DNA from: a virus
Lineage: Duplodnaviria > Caudoviricetes
Reading direction: 5' to 3' (one strand)
Virus record (IMG/VR): IMGVR_UViG_3300044449_000103
Coordinates: 1 to 41,983 of that record
Length of the DNA stretch: 41,983 nt
Position numbers and translations under genes: made by a program. The notes beneath the pieces are model-generated. The model had not been told where the DNA came from, made no database searches, and saw nothing but the letters and a program-made list of their open reading frames with translations. Positions 27,292 to 36,500 of this stretch are shown in pieces; the stretch's first letter is position 1, and each line of letters starts with the position of its first letter.

Positions 27292-28736
27292 GTAATCTGT
27301 TTTACACTCCATCCGGCGTTCCATCCACTAGCTCTCAAGGCGCAAGCGCCAGTATGCGAGCTGAGTTCATCTCGATTGAGCAAGGCTTTGACAAGCTACC
27401 AACTCTGACAGGTATGGCTGGCCGTGTCGTGCTGGTTAATGCAGGTGAGACAGCGCTTGAGGCGAGCGATAGCATAACTTTGTCTTCTTTGAATGTAAGC
27501 AACGCTGAGATCGATGGCGGCACCATTGACGGAACCACCATCGGAGGCACAACCCCAGCAGCGGCCAGCGTCACGACTTTGGATGCGAGTGATTTAGTCA
27601 GTGCAACTAAAACCTCAAGCGGCGCGGAAGTTAAGGTTCAAGAGTTGCGAAATAATGCAACTGCCACCAATACGGCTGTCATGCAGAAGTTTGTCAATTC
27701 TACAGCGGCAGGAAGCAATAGCGGCTCGGTTGAGTTGGTGGCGACACGAACAGGAACGAATACCGGCGAATACACTATTCGTGTGGCTGATGCTTCTGCG
27801 GTTATGCAGGATGCTTTGAGCTTAACATCAGGCAACGCCACGTTTAGCGGTAATAACACAATCCAAGCCTCCCACCTATTTTTTGACGGCGCTGGTTCCG
27901 CCGCAACCTTGTCTGCCAACGGCGACGCTATGGCATACGGAAGTGCCGCAAACGGCCTACTCCTTAGAGGTCAGGGTTCTGTATATGACGTAAGTCTATT
28001 CAATAGCTTGGGAGCTTCTTACCTTCAAGGTTATGCAGGAACGAGGAACCTCAAATTCGGGGGAACAAGTCAATGGGGTGTTTTCAGTTCCGCTGGCTCA
28101 GATAACGGTAAATCCATTAATACCGCCGGAATCACCGACAGTTCTCGACTAGGGACCGCCGCCACATCTCACTATCGGTTCTATAACCCCAACGGACAAG
28201 TAGGCGCAATCAACACAAGCGGCACTTCCACAAGTTTTGCTACAACTTCAGACCCCAGGGCAAAGTCGGAATTTGTTGCTATAGATGATTCCCTCGCTGC
28301 CTCTATGGTCATTGAGACTGTAGAGAACGGGTGGCTCGGTGTCTTTGAATTCCTAGACAAAGATGGAAACCCTAACGGCGAAGCCATTGCAGGCTACAAC
28401 GCTCACGCACTAATTGATAACCAGTATACTTATGGCGGCACAGAAGGAGAAGGACCAAGGGATGCCGAGTTAGGTTCTGTTTTCGAGCCTGCAGTCATCG
28501 GTCAGCGCCCTGTGATGGTTCCAGAGATGAAGCCTGTATTGGACGAAGACGGCGAACCGACAGGCGAAGAGAAGCCCACAAGTAACATGATCGACAGCGG
28601 TGAAGTTGAAGATTATGAAATTGAGCCTGCTAAGATAGTAACGCCCGCAGGTGTTGACCAATCTAAGCGTGTGCCTTTGCTTGAGGCAGCACTATACAAC
28701 GCTCTGAAGCGAATCGAGGCGCTTGAAAGTGCATAA
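27288..28736 (+). CDS. Tail fibre with C-terminal S74-like intramolecular chaperone
   Basis: IDGGTIDGTTIGGTTPAA; TTSDPRAK; GVDQSKRVPLL...RIEALE coiled coil. Confidence 0.8.
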   Translation: MSNLFYTPSGVPSTSSQGASASMRAEFISIEQGFDKLPTLTGMAGRVVLVNAGETALEASDSITLSSLNVSNAEIDGGTIDGTTIGGTTPAAASVTTLDASDLVSATKTSSGAEVKVQELRNNATATNTAVMQKFVNSTAAGSNSGSVELVATRTGTNTGEYTIRVADASAVMQDALSLTSGNATFSGNNTIQASHLFFDGAGSAATLSANGDAMAYGSAANGLLLRGQGSVYDVSLFNSLGASYLQGYAGTRNLKFGGTSQWGVFSSAGSDNGKSINTAGITDSSRLGTAATSHYRFYNPNGQVGAINTSGTSTSFATTSDPRAKSEFVAIDDSLAASMVIETVENGWLGVFEFLDKDGNPNGEAIAGYNAHALIDNQYTYGGTEGEGPRDAELGSVFEPAVIGQRPVMVPEMKPVLDEDGEPTGEEKPTSNMIDSGEVEDYEIEPAKIVTPAGVDQSKRVPLLEAALYNALKRIEALESA

Positions 28737-29111
28737 GGTCTACCACGTCCCCAGATGGCTCCTGTTAGGGAATAACGGGACCGCATGGTTCCCCAATATT
28801 TCATTGGTTGCCAATGACATGCCGGGCGCCAGAGGAGACAGGTACAGGATCACGAGCTAATCCACCAGATGCAGCAAGACGAGCTTGGCTATTTTGGCTG
28901 GGTGATCAAGTACCTCGACTTTTACTTCGAGTATGGGTACAGAGCGAACCCTTTTGAATTGGATGCTTGGACTTGGGAGCGGGACATAACGAATAGCCAG
29001 CGCGGTATTGAGCATCAAAACACCTTCGCAGCTTGGCTGACTAATATCTGTCGAAAGGACAGACAGTTAGAACATACGGATGGCGACAGCGAACCTGACC
29101 AAGCCACTTGA
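28729..29111 (+). pseudogene. Frameshifted HExxH metallopeptidase-like gene
   Basis: A GTG-start frame (...GTAWFPNI...GDR, stop 28860) and the -1 frame (VQDHELIHQMQ...GYRANPFELDAW) join into one zincin-like ORF with a single added base near 28840. Confidence 0.6.
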
Positions 29112-30669
29112 ACCCGCGAAGATTGAACTAGACCCACAGGATACTGTTGAGGGTAGAGTTGCGTCGATCATCGACAAAGACTCACCGCTTCAGCAACAGT
29201 CTGAAGCTCGGTCTCTTCAGCGATCAAACCAGCGTGGCATCATCAACAGCACTATGGCTATTACAGCCGGCCGTGCCGCTGACTATGACGCATCGTTACC
29301 GATCGCTTCCCAAGATGCGCAAACTTCCTTTGCGGCCAAGCAAACCAATGCGGCCAACGAGCAGCAAAGCTTCATGGTGGATAAGAACAGCGAGGCAGAA
29401 TCTCGCTTGTTGGCTGAGCAAGGGGTCATCAATCAGAGACTCGATACTAACCGAATCAATTTAACGGGTGAGCAAGAACGGAAAACCATCGGTGCTCAGA
29501 CGGATGCCCAATCCCGCTTGCAAGCCGAGAAAGGCACTATCGACGAGCGTCTGGACACGAATCGCATCAACCTGACTGGCGACCAAGAGCGAAGGACCAT
29601 TGGCGCCCAGACAAACGCACAGTCTCGATTGCAACGCGAGCAAGGCGTGATAAATCAGCGTCTGGATACCAATCGCATTAACCTGACTGGCGACCAAGAG
29701 CGAAGGACCATTGGCGCCCAGACAGACGCACAGTCTCGATTGCAACGCGAGCAAGGCGTGATAAATCAGCGTCTGGATACCAATCGCATTAACCTGACCG
29801 GTGAGCAGGATCGCAAAACCATCGGGGCACAGACAGAATCCCAGTCTCGTTTGCAGCGAGAACAAGGTGTCATCAACCAACGTCTCGATACGAACCGTAT
29901 CAACCTGACAGCTGAGCAACAGCGAGCGACAACCGCGGCTGAGATACAGGCACGGACTGAATCTGAATCTCGATTGATGTCTGAGAAGGCTGATATCGAC
30001 AAGCAGATCATTGCCGCCGAAGGTCAGCAACGCGAGCAGCTGATCGAGCGCCAAGGTCAGATCGACGGTGAACTGCAACGTTCGGCAGATGAACGCCGGG
30101 CACAGATTGAAAGTGACTTACTGGACCAGCGCAGTCAGCTCGAGCAGGAACTCGAAAACCTGCGTGCAGACAATCAGAGTCGCCTGACTGAAGAGCAGCA
30201 AAATCGAGCGGGAGAAATTGAACAACAACTCAACGCCCAGCGTGGTGCAATCGAAGAGACACTGACACGTTTACAAGGCCAGCAGCAGCTTGAACTTCAG
30301 GGTCTTCGAGGTGAACAGTCTTTGCAGCTCGCGACCTTAGAGGGTGAATTCCAGAGCCTGATGCAGGCGAACCAGTCTGCCAGTGTGTTCTTCTCCCAGA
30401 CCAGTGCCAGCATGGCAGAGATCTTGGCGAACGATCAGATTGGTGCCAGCGAGAAACAGTCGCTCATCAACAAGCAGATTGAGTTGCTGGAGAACGGTTT
30501 GGTTGTCATGGGCAGTGCAGCGAACGTCGACTTTGCAGGGTTGTTGGATTTTGGTACGCAAATCAACACCGGCACAGGATCTATCAACGTCGGTGCCAAC
30601 GGCAACATCAGCGTGCCTCAAGTTGGTCCTTCATCTCGCCGTGTTGGCTGGATGGGCATGGGTCGATAG
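29080..30669 (+). CDS. Internal virion/ejection protein with tandem repeats
   Basis: Q/E/R-rich coiled coil; RGIINSTMA motif; lies after the tail genes. Confidence 0.7.
   Translation: MATANLTKPLEPAKIELDPQDTVEGRVASIIDKDSPLQQQSEARSLQRSNQRGIINSTMAITAGRAADYDASLPIASQDAQTSFAAKQTNAANEQQSFMVDKNSEAESRLLAEQGVINQRLDTNRINLTGEQERKTIGAQTDAQSRLQAEKGTIDERLDTNRINLTGDQERRTIGAQTNAQSRLQREQGVINQRLDTNRINLTGDQERRTIGAQTDAQSRLQREQGVINQRLDTNRINLTGEQDRKTIGAQTESQSRLQREQGVINQRLDTNRINLTAEQQRATTAAEIQARTESESRLMSEKADIDKQIIAAEGQQREQLIERQGQIDGELQRSADERRAQIESDLLDQRSQLEQELENLRADNQSRLTEEQQNRAGEIEQQLNAQRGAIEETLTRLQGQQQLELQGLRGEQSLQLATLEGEFQSLMQANQSASVFFSQTSASMAEILANDQIGASEKQSLINKQIELLENGLVVMGSAANVDFAGLLDFGTQINTGTGSINVGANGNISVPQVGPSSRRVGWMGMGR
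29401..29920 (+). repeat. 111-bp (37-aa) tandem repeat, about 4.7 copies
   Basis: SRLQREQGVINQRLDTNRINLTGDQERRTIGAQT.AQ; CCTGACTGGC at 29571 and 29682. Confidence 0.9.
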
Positions 30670-30683
30670 GTTTGGGTGTCCGC

Positions 30684-31109
30684 ATGGCAACATTTGAAGA
30701 CTATCCCGCTGTGGCACGTCTCGGTATGGAAGCGCTACGAGCAGATCCGATCAAGGGTCAGCGTCCGAGCTGGGAGAAAGTCGACAAGTTGGCCCAAGAA
30801 GTTGTCGTGGATCCTAACAACTATTCCGCGGTGTACGAGCATGAGGGTGAGATTGTCGGTGCTGTTTCTGTGCTGGTGCACCCGGCGATGGTATTCGAAC
30901 GCCACCAAGCCAGTGTCGTGCAGTTCTATTGCAAGAAACAGGGCAAAGGTATTTGGCTGCTGAAGCACTTTCTCAAGTGGGCAAGAGCCCAACGAAAGAT
31001 CAAATCCATTGTGTTCACACTGGAAACCGGCGCTGACGAACGCATTGGAAAGTTACTGGAACGGCTAGGACTGAGCAGTGAGATGCCGGTCTTTGTGGAG
31101 TGGAGATGA
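30684..31109 (+). CDS. GNAT-fold acetyltransferase-like protein
   Basis: RMATFEDYPAV...GEIVG...FYC...GKGIWLLKHFLKWA...LERLG; start may be TTG 30672. Confidence 0.75.
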   Translation: MATFEDYPAVARLGMEALRADPIKGQRPSWEKVDKLAQEVVVDPNNYSAVYEHEGEIVGAVSVLVHPAMVFERHQASVVQFYCKKQGKGIWLLKHFLKWARAQRKIKSIVFTLETGADERIGKLLERLGLSSEMPVFVEWR

Positions 31110-31624
31110 ACGGCGACTATCGAAAAGACCTCACTTTGGAGCACCTACGTGAAGTGCTCCACTACGATCCTGAAACTGGAAAATTCACTTGGATCGCGAG
31201 CATAGGAACTAAGATTCGTCCGGGTCGTGAGGCAGGTTGCAAAAATCACGGTTACAAATTGATCCGGATCGACAAGGTTGCTTATCGGGCGCACCGATTG
31301 GCATGGCTTTATATGACAGGCAAGTATCCTGAAGAGGAGATTGATCACGTAAATCAGGTAAAGGACGACAACAGGTTTGAGAACCTAAGGCCGGTATCGA
31401 GAAAACAAAACATGAAGAATCTACCATCCTATCGCGCCAATAAGAGCGGGGTTACCGGTGTAATTTGGATTGAACGGCTTAAAAAGTGGCGCGCCTCAAT
31501 TAGGCACGACGGCAAAAACAAATATCTCGGCATATTTGAGAATTTGGAAGATGCACGACGAGTTCGTGAGCAAGCTGAACGCCATTATGGATACCACCCA
31601 AACCACGGGAGAAAAGCCGCATGA
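31100..31624 (+). CDS. HNH endonuclease with AP2 domain
   Basis: YDPETGKFTW, AHRLAWLY, IDHVNQVKDDNRFENLR, SGVTGV.W...KWRA.I...YLG.F. Confidence 0.93.
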   Translation: MEMNGDYRKDLTLEHLREVLHYDPETGKFTWIASIGTKIRPGREAGCKNHGYKLIRIDKVAYRAHRLAWLYMTGKYPEEEIDHVNQVKDDNRFENLRPVSRKQNMKNLPSYRANKSGVTGVIWIERLKKWRASIRHDGKNKYLGIFENLEDARRVREQAERHYGYHPNHGRKAA

Positions 31625-32376
31625 GCAAGTTAGTTAAGGGGGTAACAAAGGCAGTTAAGTCCGTTGTGCGTGGTGTAAAAAAGGTTTTTTCTAAAATTAC
31701 ATCATCCACCATCGGAAAGGTGCTGATTGGTACAGCGGCTGTATTCCTCGGAGGCGCAGCCTTGGGCTTGTGGCAAAGCCCGTTTGCTGGGATCAACGGT
31801 GCTCTTGCTGGTGGGGCAAAGAGTACCGCATCGAATGTCCTCACCGGAGCAGCGACAGAGACGGCAGCGACAACAGCTGCGACGACGGCCACGGGTGCCA
31901 GCTCAGGTATTGCCTCTAACGGCATCATTGCAGACTCGATCTCCAAAGCGGCTGCGGGTACCGTTGATTTCGGTGTAAAAGAAGCCACAAGCTCTGCCCT
32001 ATCGAGTGCTGCACAGAGCGCGGTTTCCTCTGGCGCAACTGCGACGGCTACCGAGACCGCGAAGAATGGAATCATTGCCAAGATTCTGGATGGCGGAAAG
32101 AAGGCCGCGACTTGGGCAAAAAACAATCCGAAAACGGCGTCGACGATCTTTTCAGGTATTGCGGCGGCTGCTGGCCCTGATGAGTTAGATATCTTGCGCG
32201 AGCGTAAGAAGCTTGAGGACGAAGAGCGCGAGAGACGCCGCCAGAACCTTGATGTCACTGACGTGAGTCTTAACATGGCCCCGCGATCTAATCGCCTGAG
32301 ACGGTCAAATGGACAGCCTGTGTACGACCAGCAAACGGGTGGTCTGATCTACAGCAGAATGCGAGGTGGCGTTTAA
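31621..32376 (+). CDS. Putative DNA ejection/pilot protein
   Basis: Basic amphipathic N-terminus, hydrophobic segment, A/G/T-rich body. Confidence 0.65.
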   Translation: MSKLVKGVTKAVKSVVRGVKKVFSKITSSTIGKVLIGTAAVFLGGAALGLWQSPFAGINGALAGGAKSTASNVLTGAATETAATTAATTATGASSGIASNGIIADSISKAAAGTVDFGVKEATSSALSSAAQSAVSSGATATATETAKNGIIAKILDGGKKAATWAKNNPKTASTIFSGIAAAAGPDELDILRERKKLEDEERERRRQNLDVTDVSLNMAPRSNRLRRSNGQPVYDQQTGGLIYSRMRGGV

Positions 32377-32901
32377 GTGGAAACGATTAACGAACGCATG
32401 AAGGCGGGACAGCCGTCCGAAGAACAAGCACCTCAGGAGCAGCAGCCCACCGATCCAACTGCGGTGACTCCAGAAGAGCAGCAGGCTTACGAGCAGGTTG
32501 TGCTGGCTGGCGTGAAGATGTTGACGGACGACGCCACTCACCAAGGGATCCTGCAAATGCTTCAACAAGGTGCGGATGTACCAGCTGAAGCGATAGCCAA
32601 GGTCACCACCATGATTGTGCTTCAGATTGACGAGCAGTCAGGTAACAACGTCCCTGAGGCAGTCATCCTGCCTGCTGCGGGTGAGATCCTCGAAAACGTG
32701 GCCGAGTTTGCGTCAAAGATGTTTGAGGTGAACCAGCAAATCATCGATCAGGCCACAGACATTATGGTGATGGATCTGGCCCAAGAGTATGGCGTGGAAG
32801 CTGGTGACGTTGAGGAAATGATGGCGATGTTCAGCGAGGAAGAGATCAACGAAGCGAAGACTGCCCGGGGTGTCCAACAACCTGCGGGAGGTGCTGCATG
32901 A
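32377..32901 (+). CDS. Hypothetical virion-module protein
   Basis: 174 aa, acidic and helical; GAGG RBS. Confidence 0.7.
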   Translation: METINERMKAGQPSEEQAPQEQQPTDPTAVTPEEQQAYEQVVLAGVKMLTDDATHQGILQMLQQGADVPAEAIAKVTTMIVLQIDEQSGNNVPEAVILPAAGEILENVAEFASKMFEVNQQIIDQATDIMVMDLAQEYGVEAGDVEEMMAMFSEEEINEAKTARGVQQPAGGAA

Positions 32902-33506
32902 GCGGCATCATTAAGAAGTTTCTTCGAGGTGCGGCCGGCAATGCGGCTGAGGTCTCTCGTGAAGAGCTCAAGGCACAGATTCTTGCCGATCGCGATAGTC
33001 GGTTGGCTGCACTTCAGTCTGCTCGTCAGGAAGATCAGCAAGAGTTTCAGGCTGAACAAAATGAACTAAGTCGAGAGGCACAGGCCAACAGTCCGCAAGC
33101 GCAACTCGCAGGCATGAAACTTGAAGACTCCAAAGCCAAAAAGGCGCTCGTAGAGAAGATCAATAGTACCGAGGACCTTGAGGAGAAGAAGAGACTCACA
33201 GAGGAACTTCAGCTCATGTCAGGCAACGTTGAGAAACCAACTGCGCGACAGAGCGATGTTGAAGCACTCGCCGCTGACAAGAACATCACAAAATCCGAGG
33301 CATGGGATTTCTTAAAAGGTAACGAACAGCAGGCTGTTTTCAGCGTATTTAACTCACTGCAGAAAGAGCAAGAGGCAAACAGTCGACTGCGGCCGGGTAA
33401 ACCCGGTTACCTGACAACCGAAGAGATGCTAGACAAAGCATTTTTGATGATTGAATCCCGCTCCAAGAAGAATAGAGACGAAGACCCCCTCGGCCTCCGC
33501 AAATAG
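32898..33506 (+). CDS. Putative internal virion protein
   Basis: Coiled coil ending DPLGLR; ATGA-coupled. Confidence 0.65.
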   Translation: MSGIIKKFLRGAAGNAAEVSREELKAQILADRDSRLAALQSARQEDQQEFQAEQNELSREAQANSPQAQLAGMKLEDSKAKKALVEKINSTEDLEEKKRLTEELQLMSGNVEKPTARQSDVEALAADKNITKSEAWDFLKGNEQQAVFSVFNSLQKEQEANSRLRPGKPGYLTTEEMLDKAFLMIESRSKKNRDEDPLGLRK

Positions 33507-33514
33507 GTTCATGA

Positions 33515-36500
33515 ATGAACATCTCAAAAATTCGAGAGGAGTACCCCCAGTACTCTGACTTGTCTGATCAGGAACTCGCTGACGGATTCCATAAAAAGTT
33601 TTACAGTGACATCGATAAAACAGAATTCTATAAGTCTATTGGGTTTGATCAGCCCAGTGCACCAGTACCCACAGCCGATAGCTCGGATGATGAACGAGGA
33701 TTCCTTAACAACGCTGTTCGTGGCGCTACGGAGCGAGCCTCTGATCTATTGTCCAATTTCTTCGGCGCAGCCGGTACCGCGGCAGACGCCCTTGAGGAGA
33801 AGCTGCAGCTGGGCGGTTTTGTCTATGATGACCAAGGTCCTCGATATCTGAAGAGCGATCAGTTCGCTCAGTTTCAACAAGAGAACAATTCTGACGGTGC
33901 GCTCAATAGCGCATCCGAATCGTTTGAGAGCTTTTCGGCAGATTACGTACCACGCGAGACGTGGCAGGCCGTCAAAGATTCCTATTTTGAGAACGGTGCC
34001 CTAAGCGCTTCCACTGCGGGGCAGGTTCTTAGCTACGGTCTCGAGCAAGGCATTAAGTCAGTACCTGACATGGTGAGCGTGATGCTCAGTCTTCCAGCTT
34101 ATGTAATTTCCCGTGCCGGCGAGATCGGTGAAGAACGCGCGATTAATAAGGGCAAATCTGATGCCGAATTGGTAGAAATTGTCGAGGCGTTACCAGCTGC
34201 TTTGGGTAGTGCATTGTTCGAGCGTATTGGTGCCAAAGGAATCGTCAATGCAGGCTCAGAAGCCGCGGAGGCAGTTGGCAAAGAAGCGCTGCAATCCGGT
34301 TTCGCCCGGGTCGCAAAAGAAGGTGGAAAGGCAGCAACCAAAGAGGCAGCGACTGAAGCATTTCAGGAAGGCGTGATCGAATATCTTGGGGAAAAACTCG
34401 GTACCGGTGCCGAGATGTCATTCGCAGAGGCAGGTGAACGAGGCTTAGCTGGCGCTCTCGCTGGCGGAGTGTTCGGTGGTGTTGCGGGCAGTGCAGTTGC
34501 ATCCGGACGTGAATTAACGAATGCGATGCGAGATAACGAGATTGCTGCCACCAAAGATGTGATGGAGGCAGAAACGCTTGATGATGCTATCGCGGCCGCA
34601 GAGGAAGTCGTCGACGGAGTACCAACACCCGAGGAAGCTATTGCCGAACTCGAGGCTGAGTTAAACAATGCCGGACCCTCTATTGAATCCGAGTTTGCTT
34701 CTGAGCCGACTATAGAGAGCGAACTACTTGACGCGGAGACACAGGCGGTCGTTGACGATGTGGCTGGCGCAAACGATCAAACCCCAACGGCAATGGAACT
34801 GGCGTTTCAACAAGCTCAGTCAGAGCAACGAACTGAGGAGCAAGCAGATGTACCAGACACTGAAACAGAAACGAGCGTTGATGCACAACCTGATCGAGCA
34901 AATGCAGCAGAGACTGGATCCGACTCCATCGACAGCAATCGATTTCAACGAGAAGAGATTGACCGTGCAGGAAATGACGCCGCCACATCCCCGAACAATG
35001 ATCTCAAAGAGCCTACCGAAGCCCAACGTGAGGCAGGTAACTTCAAGATGGGCCACACAAAGGTCGGAGGGTTTGATATCACGATTGAATTTCCGCGTGG
35101 ATCGACCCGTAAAGGAAAAAACAAGGAAGGTGTTGAGTGGGAGCGGACTCTTGAATCTGACTACGGTTACATAAAGCGAACCAAGGGTGCAGACGGTGAA
35201 AACGTCGACGTCTTCATAGGTGAGAACCCAGAGAGCGATAAGGTTTTTGTCGTTGACCAAGTGAGTCCAGACTCAAAAGAGTTTGACGAGCAGAAGGTCA
35301 TGATGGGCTTTGATACCAAACAGTCTGCACGTGATGGTTACCTCGCTAACTATGCAGAAGACTGGCAAGGCCTTGGCGCCATTACCGAAATGACACAGGA
35401 CCAGTTCAAAGACTGGGTGAACAACGGCGATCTGAGCAAGCCTGTCAGTGATATCGAAGGACAACAAGAGATTCTGCTTTCTCGCTCTGGTGTTCCATTT
35501 AAGTCTGAGCGCTCTGCAAAGCTCTCTCAGACGTTTAAGGCAAACCCTGAAGCGAATGTGGTTCCAGTAGATGGAGGCTTTGGAATAGCGCCACAGAGAG
35601 CCGGTGGCGATGTTGAAGCATCGGCAGTCGCGAGTCTGAGAACTGGTGGGTTGGTTCGGACCGCGGATGTTGCTGACGCTCAGGCTCTAGAAGTTGAGAC
35701 CAGCCCACAGAAAATCGTTGCTTCCATGCGTGAGCACTTCAATGTGCCTCTTCGCAAGGGGCGGCTTAGCATGAGAAAAGCTGCCGGCACCCATAACAAA
35801 AAGACCGGTGTGATTCGTCAGAAGAACATGGTTGATCTTGAGGTGTTCAGTCATGAGCTCGGCCATGCGCTTGAATCTCGGTTTGGAGAGAAGCTGACTG
35901 CTTTGATCGGCGCCAACGAAAAAGAAATCGCGCCATTGTCTTACGACCCCCTTCTGCCGAAGGAGCAACTCCTAAGGGAGGGGTTTGCTGAGTTTTTCCG
36001 AATCTATGTGACAAACCCTCAATGGGCTAAGCGTAATGCGCCCCAGTTTGAAAAGCAGTTTTCGGAGTACATGACTCAGGTATCGCCTCAGGATCTTGCG
36101 CAGATACAAGCTGCCCAAAAGGTTTACGAAGACTATTTGGGCGCGTCTTCTGAGACAGCCATCAAAGGCAGCATGTCGACAACCGACAAAGGCAACATCT
36201 TTCGACGGTTCCAGCTCGCAACAAAGCCAAAGGCACTAGGCGAGAACCTGCGCGCTTGGGGAAACGACGTGTACACGTCTTTCATCAACCGGCAGCATCC
36301 CATCTACATGGCTGTGAAGCAGCTGGAGAAGATTCACAACAGTAATGCAAAGTCGCGACTCAATCTGAAACGTGCTGATGATGCACACGTACTAGCGAGA
36401 CTAGCAGTTGATGCGTTCTCTGCAGGTCAGGTTCAGCTCGAAAAGGGAGTCATCGCCTACGACGGCATCTATCCAGAGGGCCCAAGTTTGCAGGGAGCGA

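Noticed and set aside
28815-28817. In-frame TGA read as selenocysteine or readthrough
   Set aside because: The upstream coding segment is in a different frame from the HExxH segment, so a frameshift explains it. No SECIS-like hairpin is evident.
29401-29920. CRISPR array or DGR template/variable repeat
   Set aside because: The units are contiguous, in-frame coding repeats with no spacers, no adenine-specific variation and no reverse transcriptase in the window.
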